DNA from: the human T2T-CHM13v2.0 reference genome, Homo sapiens
Length of the DNA: 64,000 nt
NCBI RefSeq assembly: GCF_009914755.1
Contig: NC_060928.1
Reading direction: 5' to 3' (one strand)
The position numbers were made by a program, and so were the translations under genes. This document shows positions 14,796 through 25,960 of the stretch, in pieces. Positions within the stretch are counted from its first letter, which is position 1. Each line of letters opens with the position of its first letter. The notes under the pieces were generated by a model. That model worked only from the letters and a program-made list of their open reading frames with translations, searched no databases and had not been told where the DNA came from.

Positions 14796-17700
14796 CATAA
14801 TGTAACATTGAACTGCATGTAAATATGAATAAACTATATCACCGTTTGTAGGACAGAGAAGTGCTAGGAGGAAAATTTATAGTACTGGTAAAGATAAGAA
14901 ACTTCAAATCAACCGTGTAAGTTTCTTTCTACCTCAAGAACTTTGAAAAAGAAGAATCAAATAAACCTAAAGCAGTCAGAAGGCAGGAAATAAATCATAA
15001 AGTAAATTATAACGATAACAGAGAAAAATCAAAGAGATTGTAAACAAAATATCAAAAAAGGAAATTAATGAAACAAAGAAGTGCTTCTTTGCAAAGATCA
15101 ATGTAATTGACAAAACCACAAAAGTAGTAAAGAAAAATTGGCAAGAAACAAATTGCAATATTAGGAATAAAACAAAATATAAGTACAGACACTGTAGATT
15201 CATAAAGGGTAAAAAGAATATTATAATCAACTGTATACACAAATATTTGCCAATGATAGTGAAATAGACCAATTCCTCCAAAAACTTAAACCATCACAAC
15301 ATATACAATATAAAATAGATAATTTGAATAGCTCAATAACTACAAAGAGAATTGAATTCAAAAAAATTACAAAATCCCCGAAAAGGACATCTCCAGGCCT
15401 GGTTGATTTCACTGGAGAATTCTACCAAATATTCAAGAAAAAATATTATCGGTTCTGCACAATCTTTTAGAGTTTTAGAAGAAGGGAATACACTTTTCAA
15501 TTAATTTTGTGAAACCATATATGAAAGCCAGAAAACATAACACAAGAATGAAACTAGAGATCAATACCCTCATAAGTAGAGACACAAAAATATTTGTAAA
15601 ATATTAGCAAATAACATCCAATATCATATAAAAAGAATTAAACACCATATAGGGTTTTTCCATGCTGGTTTAATATTTAAGATATAATCAGTGCAACGCT
15701 ATATTCTCAGGCTAACAAAGAAACAGAGAAAAATCACTTAATTACATTAATATATTTTCTATATTTTAATGTATTACCATATTTCTACAGTGTGGAGAAA
15801 GCATTTGAGAAACTCTGACATCTGTTCATGATTAAAAACTTCAGTAGAACATTTTTAAAACTTGATAAAGAATATATACAATAATCTTCAACTCACATAC
15901 TCAATGATGAAAGACTGTATACCTGCATACTTTGCTACTAAGGTCAAGAATAAGGCAAAGATGTCCATTTTTATCACTCTTATTCAACATAGTACTAGAA
16001 TTTCTAGCTATGCAATAAATTGAGAAAAGGACACAGAAATCATATAACTTAGAGAGGAAGAAAGAAAGCTATATGTATTTACAAATGGCATACTCTTTAA
16101 TGTAGAAAATCTTACAGAGTCTATCAAAAATTTCTAGAACTATTGAGTTCAGCTATATTACAGAATATAAGATCAATGTACAAAAATAAAATATATTTCT
16201 AAATATTAGCAATGAATACATGGAAACAAAAATTAATAATACAATATCATTTTTAATTGTTCAAGAAATTGAAATGCTTAGGTTTCCACATCTGTACAAC
16301 ACATGTATAGAAATTTATGGTTAAAAAGAATACTAATGAAATGGGGATGTAGTATGGTCATGAATTGGAAGACTGAAAATCCTAAGAATGTCAATTTCTT
16401 TTTTCCCAAATGATATAGAGGCTTAATGCAATTCCTATGAAAATTTTAGATTTGTTAAAATTTTGACCTTTTCTAGAGATATATGAGGTTACCCTAAAAT
16501 GTATATGAAAAGGCAAACAAATTAGGATAGCTAAAATTATTTTGTAAAATATGAAGAAAGTGAGAGGAATTAATCTATGTGATTTCAAGACTTAGTAATC
16601 AACACTGTGGTACTGGCAGACAGATAAAAACACAGACCAATGGAACAAAATAAAGAACTCCCAAATATACTCACACAATTATGCCTCACTGACTTTTTCC
16701 AAAGGTGCAAAAGTAATAAAATGGAGGAAATACAGAACTTTCAACAAACGTTACTGGAGCGATTGGACAGCTGTAGGCCAAAAAAAGAAAACAAACAAAC
16801 ATTGGCCTAAACCTCACACCTTGTACAAAAGTAAGCATAAATAAATCATAAACAAATATAAAATCTGAAATTATAAAACTTTTAGAAAAAATGTATGAGA
16901 AAAATCTGCTGGATCAAGGCTAGGCAAAAAGTTTCTAGATTTGGCACCAGAAACATGATTTATAGAAGGAAAAATCTACATATTGGATTTCATCAAAATT
17001 AAAAAGATCACTGTGAAATACACTGTTAAGAGGAAGAAAAGACAAGCCACAGACCGGTAGAAAGTAGTCGCAAAGTGCTTACCTGACAAAGAACTAGTAT
17101 CTAGAATACATGAAGTTTTAAAATTCAAACTACCAACACAGTTAGAAAATGGGCAATGGACAAAAGCCATGTAGATATGTAGAGACATTTTAGTGAAGAA
17201 GATATACAGATGGTAAATAGTACGTGAAAAGATGTTCAACATCATTAGCTATTAGGAAAACACAAATTAAATCCACAATGAGATATTACTGCGTACCTAT
17301 TAGAATGGCTAAAATACAATGTGGTGACAAGATCAAATACTGGTGAAAATTTGGAGAAACTGGATGACTTGCACATTTCCGATGGGGATGTAAAATTGTA
17401 CAATTACTCTAGAAAAGAGTTTGGCAGTCTCTCATAAAACTAACTATGCGATCACCACATGACCCAGCCATTTCACTCTTTGACACTGTTGAACCCAGAG
17501 GAAGTAAAACTTATTTTCTCCTAAAATCTTGGAGAAAAAATATTCATAGCATCTTTACTGCAATAACCAAAAACTGGAAACACTCACCCAATATGTTATT
17601 TAATAGGTGAATGTTCAGCAAACTGTAAGATATATTCATACCACAGAAAGCTATTCAGCAAGAAGAAACAGCCTATTGATAAATACAACAATGCAAATAA

Positions 17701-18099
17701 TTCTTAAGGGAATTATGATAAGTGGAAAAGCCAGCCCCACAAAATTGCATGCTTTATGATTGATTTATGTAATATTCATGTACTCACAAAATTATAGAAA
17801 TACAGAGTACAGAGTATTGGTACTAGACGTTAAGGAGGGTGACTGAAGGGAATGGCTATAAAAGGGCAACATGAGGAAATGTTTATGGAGATGAAAATAT
17901 TCTGTTACTTGATTGTGTCAATGTCAGTGTTTGGTTATAATAATGTCTTGCAAAAACTAGGGTTTTGCAAGATGTTTCCAGTGGGGGAAAGTGGCTAAAG
18001 AATACATAGGCTCTCTTTGCATTATTTCCACTGAATGTGAATTTATAATTATTTCATAATAAAAGTTTTAATGAAAAAATAAACAAAAGGTAAAACCAC

Positions 18100-18530
18100 A
18101 GCAACGAAAACACTTTGAGAACCTTACATTTTGATCCAGCTACTGGTTTCATTTCTCTTTCATAAGAATTTCAAAAGACTTTTTTACAGTCATAGATCTT
18201 GCTTATGTTTCCATATGACTCTTAAACAACGAACCCTAAGGAGGGTTTATTCCTTTCACTCTCCTGAAATGGCAATCTTAAAGATTCCAGTGATCCCTGT
18301 CTCACCAAATTGAATGATCAATTCCACTCCATCATTTGATTCAAACTAAATAGCAGAAACTTACACAGTTATTTACTCTTCACTTCCTGAAATATTATAT
18401 TTCCTTGCCTTAAAAGATACCAACTCTTGCTATCCTTTTACTTCATGGCACCTGCTACTCAATCCTACTACTCAATCTTTCTGGCAGATTTGTCCTTCCT
18501 TTTATGACCCCATTGGAATACTCCAGAGCA
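18100..18530 (+). mobile_element. L2 LINE ORF2 relic, continuation after the L1MC insertion
   Basis: cactctcctgaaatggcaatcttaaagattccagtgatccctgtctcaccaaattgaatg resembles L2 ccactgaaactgctcttgtcaaggtcaccaatgacctccatgttgccaaatccaatgg. Confidence 0.6.
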
Positions 18531-18679
18531 TTTACATCATATTAGTTTTTCACAGAAAATATTTTGTAACACACAATACATAAAACAATTCACATGTCTG
18601 TGAATAATAAGTTGGTTAACTATATTAGGGTATACGTGTGTGATGTAATACACTAAATGATACATGTAATAAGTGAGGA

Positions 18680-18890
18680 TACATTTTAAATTTAATTTTT
18701 TTACCATTTTTAAAGTGTACAGTTCAATAGTGTTAAGTACATTCACTTTGTTGTGCAACAGATCTCTAGAAATTTTTATGTGTAAAACTGAAGCTTGTAC
18801 TCATTAAACAGCTCCCCATTTCCCACTCTGCCAAGATCCTTGTAACCCCCTTTCCACTTTCTGTTTCTATTAATTTGACCATTATAGGTA
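18680..18890 (-). mobile_element. L1MB 3' end fragment
   Basis: ttaccatttttaaagtgtacagttcaatagtgttaagtacattcactttgttgtgcaac...aaactgaagcttgtactcattaaacagctccccatt. Confidence 0.8.
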
Positions 18891-19014
18891 AAACTCACAA
18901 AATTGCCCTCTTGTACCTCCACCACCACCTTGCTTAGGTTCACTTGGAGTTGTTTTCCTTTCCCCCACATTTATTTTTAAATTGACGTGTAAAATTGTAT
19001 GTACTTATCATGTA

Positions 19015-19295
19015 GGCTTGTCTACCCTGAACCTCTAGCAACACATCAGTTACAGTTCAGGTTTTCCTACCCTGACACTGGTTCCTCTGAATTTTGGCTC
19101 AGGGCTTTCTGCTTTAGTAAGTTGTGATTCTGTGTCCATCTGTCTGTCTCTCCAGTTTTATGGGGAGTAGACCCCACTTTTCTGCCAGATCAAGTAGAGC
19201 TGTTGATTTTTGATTTTGCTTAGCTTTTGATTTGTTGTTAGGATGGAGGTAGGACATGTGGGTTCTTCTTATGCCAGACCAGAAACTAGAAGGGC
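19015..19295 (-). mobile_element. L1M (L1M1/L1M2-type) 5' end fragment
   Basis: ttacagttcaggttttcctaccctgacactggttc...cttatgccagaccagaaactagaag, recalled as an antisense L1M 5' end. Confidence 0.55.
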
Positions 19296-19299
19296 ACAA

Positions 19300-19910
19300 A
19301 AGTGTTTGTTTGATGTAGTACCATTTGTCTGTTTTTTGTTCTTTCTTCTGTGCTGTTGGTATCATATTGAAGAAATCATTGCCAAATCCAATGTCTTAAA
19401 ATTTCCCCCCATCTATTTTAATAAGACTTTTATAGCTCGGGGTCTTATGTTTAGGTCTTTAATCCATTTTAAGCTAATTTTTGCGATGGCCTAAGAAGAC
19501 AGGGTTCCCCTGCTCCAACACCTCCTGCCAGGGACTATTACTGGGAGGCCCAGCAGGAGGTGAGCATCAGATGAGCAAGCATTACCTTACCACCTGAGCT
19601 TGGCTTCCTGTCAGATCAGCAGCCTGCATTAGATTCTCACAGGGGCAGGAACCCTATTGTGAACTGTGACTGCAAGGGATCTAGGTAGTTATGTGCTCCT
19701 TATGAGAATCTAATGCCTGATGATTGGAGGTAGAACAGTTTCATTCCAAAACCATCCCCCTTCTGCCCCTACACTCAGTGCAAAAATTGTCCTCCACTGA
19801 ACTGGTCCCTTGTACCAAAAAGGGTGGGGACCGCTGGCATAGGATAAGGATGTAACTCCATTCTTTCGCATGTTGACAAAGTTTTCCAAACATCATTTGT
19901 TGAAAAGATA
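19300..19910 (-). mobile_element. L1 ORF2 fragment, split by MER1B
   Basis: gaagaaatcattgccaaatccaatgtc...gtttaggtctttaatccattttaagctaatttttg; resumes at 19837 with ...catcatttgttgaaaaga. Confidence 0.75.
19500..19836 (+). mobile_element. MER1B (hAT-Charlie MITE), full length
   Basis: Termini CAGGGTTCCCC / GGGGACCGCTG; internal cctgtcagatcagc...attagattctcac...ccttatgagaatctaatgcctgatgat. Confidence 0.92.
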
Positions 19911-22289
19911 ATTGAGTATATTTTTATTTCTAAATATTGAAAGATCTGGAATAAATGAAAGCAATGCAAATAATGTATTGCTAATATTTGAGTTTCAATA
20001 TAAATATTTATCTTTAAATGAATAAAATGTCTCTATAAATATAATATGTTCTATTATTTTTCAGAGGAAGGAGCTAAGTGACTGACAGACACCGACACAT
20101 AAGAAAAACTTATGATTGGCAAAATAATTTTTGCACCATTTCAACGTGTTAACAAACAACTCTTTAAAAATGATAAATGAAATACAATGTTTTCTTTTCT
20201 GATTAGTTCTTTTCTTTTCTTTTTTTTTTCTAGAACAGTTTTCTTGCCTCATCTCAGTTTTTAATGTCCCTGATGTCTCAGAGAATTTAAAGCTTTTGAC
20301 AGCAAGAGATGAATCATATTAATTTCTATATGCACTGAATAAGAAGAAACTCAAGCTTTTCATTACCTGAAGCAATTCAATGGATTTTATTAAACAAACA
20401 GTTATTTTTGACTCAAATTATTTTATAAAGTCATTCAATAATTCTTGCAAATAAAATAAAAATGAACATCAGCTCAGTGAATTGTTATAGAAAATGATTC
20501 TGTTTTTTTAGAAATATGGCTACAAGTAGAAAATGCATCTAGAATCTTTAATTGATCATACATTTTTTATGGATATAGAGACAGATGAGAATATATTGCA
20601 TAATTATAAATTCTATTGCCAAACTACAAATCACATAAAATAGCTACAATTAGATGATGAATTTGATTGTTATCTGGTGAATTGAGCAACTCAATGATAG
20701 TAATTAAATAACATGGTAGGAAGGCAAATGCATCTTATTTGCCCCTCCCATCCTCTCCTATTCAAAAGCCTTTCTAACACTGCTTTCAAGGCACTAAATC
20801 AAATTAATATTTCAGGACACAACTCTTCCTACTGTGGGGTCCCCATGCCTTCTAAGGTAATACACTTAAGTGTGTGTTCCAAGATATTAAATCCTGTGTA
20901 ACCTCTACTAAAATGCTTCAGAGCTCAAAATTGATGTCAAATGTTAATCAAAACCTTTTGGCAAGTATAGAATTTTAATGGAATTGCTTGGTTCTTGGAT
21001 TAAAGCAGAATTTTAGTCTCTGAAATATAGGGCAAAACCTTGGCATATTAGATATACACTCTCCTGCATTCATTAAGAAAGGGCTATCAGGAATGCTGCT
21101 CATACAAGCTAGCAGCATTAAGTACATAGGTTTGAACATTAACCTTATCATTTCATGAATCTAACTGATTTGACTGTCTTGGCCTTTGACAACGAAAACA
21201 TACAGCAGGGATTCCCATCAATTTTACTCATCTATCTTTCTTTTAAAACATGTCTTCACCTATCTTAGCTAATTTTATCTAGACTTGTTCAGAACTCCAG
21301 AAAATGGGCTTACTTAATATTATTCCTTTGCTTCTCATTTTCCCCCTCTCATTTTCATATACAGGTAGTAGAAAAACTTTTTTATGTTATATAAAAGGAA
21401 AAATAATTTGATCTCTGAAGTCTTTTACCGAGATTAGGAACAAGGAAAAACTGGCTCTTCAGGTTCTTGGATGGAGTTTGAATAGTATACCCTCAGCCAC
21501 TCGACTGTTTATTAATTATTATGATTAATTTCTTGGGAGAAACATATTGTCAACCTCGAGAAAAGAAAAAATATATATACTACTTTTCTAATGAAAGAAT
21601 AGATATTTTGAAGTGTCAAAAATAGAGCATTTGCCTCTTATAATTCATTTTTTAAGAAAAAATGTATTTCTATATGAAAACAGTTGTCCATTATCTAACC
21701 AACTATAGCCCTAAAAATGAGGAAACATGAGTGTCTAAGTAGGGCTCACCGAGGACGTAAATGATAAAGTTGATTGCTAGGAGCTTGAGGCAAATTCAGC
21801 ATTGTCAGTCACAATATTTTCTGAAATCATTTGTATGCTATGTATATTCACATATATTAATATTTCTGTCTCCCTTCATATTTGCTTCAAAAATATATTT
21901 AAAACAACACAGAAAGCAGGAAAATAAAAAACCAGAAATTAGACTTGTTTTACTGTACCTTTTTAATCAGGATATAATCTAAATAACATTGTACAATTAT
22001 TGGCATGAGCCATATTTAGAGCTGTGCATAGTATAGCAAGGACTTCATTTTATGCCATTTAAAAATCACCCTTTGTATTTATGCTCATATTTAGATTATT
22101 TTATATTTATATAAATATAAATATAAAGTTAAGTTTTTTCAAAAATACTAAGAAAATATTTCCTAGAGGCAGAAAATGGGTGAAAAAATAAGACTTTTCT
22201 GCACATCTCTCAATTCCAGTATTTACTGCAGATTTCTTTTTGGCTTTTTAGCCGAACAAATAATTTGATTTAGAATATTAACTTTATCA

Positions 22290-22400
22290 ACGAAAAAATT
22301 CAAACTATAGTTTTCTTTTCTGTACTGTCTTTGCTAAGTTTTGTTATCGAGGTCATGCTAGTTTCCAAACTAATTTGGAAGTATAACCTTTTAAGTAATT
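22290..22400 (-). mobile_element. Old L1 (L1M) ORF2 fragment
   Basis: ctatagttttcttttctgtactgtctttgctaagttttgttatcgaggtcatgctag resembles antisense L1 ORF2. Confidence 0.55.
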
Positions 22401-22429
22401 TATCAAAATTATTTAAACTGCATAGTTCA

Positions 22430-22640
22430 TGAAGTGTAAGGAATTTAGTTCTGGAAGAAAAACAATGTTTTAAACTTTGGTTTGCTGCTTAACATAAAAG
22501 TGAGTAGGTTATTTTGGTTTTGATTCAAAGTTCTCTTGTCTACATTGCGTAGATAATAATATACTTCTCATCCAAACATTTTGGGTTATTGTCATAAATA
22601 AACGAGATATCCTAGGTTAACTGACTAACATGAGTTGAAC
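22430..22640 (+). mobile_element. MIR SINE, highly degraded
   Basis: ttctcttgtctacattgcgtagataataatatacttctcat...ggttattgtcataaataaacgagat follows the MIR 3' half. Confidence 0.45.
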
Positions 22641-22770
22641 TTTTCCTAATTCTTAAAATAAGTTTTAAACATTAGCATAGTGCATAATCTACAGTTAAAT
22701 CTCTGTAATCATTTTTGACATTAAGCTCATGGAATATTATTCTCTATCTTATTGCCTGTGAGTAATTTGA

Positions 22771-23058
22771 TTTTTTTTTTTTTTTTTTTTGACACAGAGT
22801 CTTACTCTGTCGCCCAGGCTGGAATGCAGTAGCGCAATCTCAGCTCACTGAAAGCTCCGCCTCCCAGGTTCACGCCATTCTTCTGCCTCAGCCTCCCGAG
22901 TAGCTGGGACTACAGGCGTCAGTCACCACGCCCGGCTAATTTTTTTTGTATTTTTAGTAGAGACGGGGTTTCACCATGTTAGCCAGGATGGTCTCGATCT
23001 CCTGACCTCATAATCCACCCACCTTGGCCTCCCAAAGTGCTGGGATTACAGGCCTGAG
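22771..23058 (-). mobile_element. AluY, lacking about 15 nt at its 5' end
   Basis: AluY diagnostics aagctccgcctcccaggttcacgccattc and ttagccaggatggtctcgatctc; TSD gagtaatttgatttt / gagtaatttaatttt. Confidence 0.97.
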
Positions 23059-23499
23059 AGTAATTTAATTTTGAATAAAATTAACTTTTATCTTTTCTGG
23101 ATACAGGATTATGATAATTAAAAAGGTTTTAAAGCAAAGGTGATGATTATATACTCGAATATTCTCTGAATATTTATGGTAAATTTAGTTTATAAACATT
23201 TTGATTGAAAAATACAATAGACAAATAAAAGACCGTATTAAATGTGAATGTGGAGTATAGTGAATGGTTATAAAGACTATGTAACCTAGACCATTTTAGG
23301 TCTAGTGAGTCTCTATTAAGAAACATCTATACCCCTTCATAGATATAACCTCTTTCAAAGTTATAATCAATTTTTATACGTTTCCTATTTATATTTATTT
23401 TGTCTGTTGAAAATTTTCATTAATGTATACATTTTCTATTTTCATCATTTTAGTCTTCCCAATCTTACATCGTTTACTTTTTTGTTTAATTTTTGTCTC

Positions 23500-24700
23500 C
23501 AGTATATGTCTTGTCTTTTAAAAAATTATCTCATTTTGATTTATTTCTTCTTTCTCTTTGAGGATTTGTCTTTTTTTTTCAAACTCTTGAGATGAATATT
23601 TGAATCATTAGATTTTAGCTCTTCTTCTACAATATAACATAAGCATTTAATGCTATAAATTTTTTAGAACATCTCACTATATTAGGATTCTAGAAGTTTT
23701 GCTATGTACCATTTTTATTAATATTCTAATACATTATTCTATACAATATATTATATTATATATTCTGATATATATTCTAATATATTATATATAAGATACA
23801 TATAGCTAATATATATAATATATTAGAATATATTCTAATATTCTAATTTATGTTTTTCTTAATCTTTGAATAATGGGTTATTTATCTATAACTGGTAGTA
23901 TGCATGCACTAGAAATTTAAAATATAATTTTGGAGTAGTAAGTTTATTGATTTTATAACATAAATGTGTTTGTCCAGAAAATGCACATTATATGATATGT
24001 GATTTCAATGATTTGAAATTTGCTAATATTTCCTTAAAACTTCATAGTTTTTCTAGTTGAATTTTATAAATATTCTTTTTAAGCTAAAAAAAAAAGTGTG
24101 CCCCGCACTTGTTGGAAACAGTGTCGTGTTGTATCCTATTTAGGTCTTGTTTGTTAACTTGTTTAAGGCTTCTGTGTATCTCTACTTTTTTTTTTCTTTG
24201 TCCATTTGTTCTATCAGTTAGTAAGAGGAGTGTGTTAACATTCTCCACTCTATGGATTTTGTAATTTCCTAGTTTTATTGCTGCAGTTTTCCATGTTTTG
24301 CTGTTTGTGCCTATGTTGTTGCATGCAGCATGTATTTGTGAAGAATCAGAGAAAGAGAAAGGGAAAGAGATAATATGTCATTAAGTGATACAAATTTAGA
24401 ATGATTATATCTCTCCCTATAATTGAAACTTGTGTATACATTAGCTTCAGTAATGCTCTTTGGCTTGATGTGTATTTTGTTTGCTCTTAATATAACTAAG
24501 TAAACATGCTGTTAATTAGTTTTTTATTGACAATATTTTGATTCTTATATATTTAGGGAAATATATCTTTACTATTTTTTACGTACTACTTTGGTAACTT
24601 GTAAATTGGACTTTGTTTCATGAGTCTGATTAACTTCTTTTTAATATAAGAATATAACATTTAACATAACCAGTCATATATTAGTGTCTAAATTCAGTAT
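23500..24700 (-). mobile_element. Old L1 (L1ME-type) relics
   Basis: gcatttaatgctataaattt and ttgttctatcagttagtaagaggagtgtgttaacattctccactctatggatttt resemble antisense L1 ORF2 endonuclease sequence. Confidence 0.55.
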
Positions 24701-24702
24701 TC

Positions 24703-24730
<28 letters not shown>
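24703..24730. repeat. (GT)14 microsatellite
   Basis: Perfect dinucleotide run read directly. Confidence 0.95.
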
Positions 24731-24733
<3 letters not shown>

Positions 24734-24987
24734 GTGCCATCTGGTTTTTACCCATCTCTTATATCAGATATTATTAATTTTAATCTTCTAATGATTAACA
24801 TAGAATTTAGAGCATGAATCATTATCCAAAGGAATGACATAACTCAGTACCCTTTTGACAATATGAGAACTTTAGAGGAGTTTAAATCCTGACTATTTGT
24901 ATATTTTAATTACATTTGGTTTTAAAGTGATAATATTATTATTGTTTTACATAGTCATATTTATCTTGCTTTATTAATTTTATAAGC

Positions 24988-25211
24988 CAGAATAATCAGG
25001 AGTGATTTTATCTCCTGGAGGCATGTGGAAATGTCTGCAGCTATATTTAGCTTCAATCGGGTGGATGGGTGTGGATGCTACTGATATCTTACATCCAGTG
25101 AATAGAGGCCCAAAAAATGCCAAACAATGCTGTAACACATTGGACTGCCCTCACCCCAGAACAAGGAATTCTCCAGGCCAAACATAGACTGCTTAAGTTG
25201 AGAAATCTTGA
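24988..25211 (+). mobile_element. MER20 (hAT-Charlie)
   Basis: gtgattttatctcctggaggcatgtggaaatgtctg...gctactgatatc...tagaggcc...acaaggaattctccaggccaaa...gttgagaaatcttg is collinear with MER20. Confidence 0.8.
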
Positions 25212-25554
25212 GCTAGATAATGCTGAGATTCAAAATAAAAAGCCACATAATTGTCTACTTATCATTCACACCACAGGTTGCTAAATTGGAGTCACCTTCT
25301 CTAATCCCCCAGGTTCAAGATGTAGTCTATAATATTACTGACTGCCATGTCGGAGACAAAGGTAGTTCTGGAGCATCTTGCATTATCCATCAAATATTTG
25401 GTCTAAGAAAAGCATGTGCCATTTTTGCTCACCGTTTACTACCTATTACTAATCAGGTGGCCTCACTCCATAAAAAAAGCCTAATAAATACACTCCTGCT
25501 ATGTCCTGAGGATTTAGAGAGGCAGATATAATCAAGGTGCAGCACTAATAGAAT

Positions 25555-25960
25555 AATGATCCACCACAATTAGTCCTTGTGGTCACCAAATATTTGGCCC
25601 TCTCTCCCTCCCTTAAGGAAATATAACCACTTACCTGGAAAAACAGATAAATCCAATACTCAGTTCAGTCACAATATGATCTTAAAGCCAATATCTCCAC
25701 ATAACTCACTGTAATTTTTAAGTAAGGTGTAATTCATGGTGGTCTGTATATGATATCTGGATGTTACTCCTCTAATGTCATAAAAAGATGATTTATTCTC
25801 ATAAAATGTTCTAGAAATATCACAAGGCAGGAAAAGGAAAACTAAAACAAACATTCCTATTTATAGGGGTAAGAAAAAGAGACTCATTGAAATTACTGAA
25901 CTGCAACAATTCTGAATCTTAGGGTGCAATGTCTGAAGGCTCGCTGCCTGGGGAATGGGG
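25555..25960 (-). mobile_element. MLT1-type MaLR internal relic
   Basis: ccacaattagtccttgtggtcaccaaatatt...aaacattcctattt...gcaacaattctgaatc resembles antisense MLT1H/J-int. Confidence 0.45.

Larger units (their letters stand above)
10836..18080 (+). mobile_element. Near-full-length ancient L1 (L1MCa-type 5' end, L1MC1/2-type 3' end), ORFs disabled
   Basis: 5' end gacttctgttttggggaagat...tacaactagataccttgg...tatataaaacaaac; ORF1 and ORF2 relics (ORF 13905-14171 includes SKLEMNNKTITRKFPNTWKLNTLL, L1 ORF2); 3' end gttttgcaagatgtttccagtgggggaaagtgg...aataaaagtttt. Confidence 0.9.
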
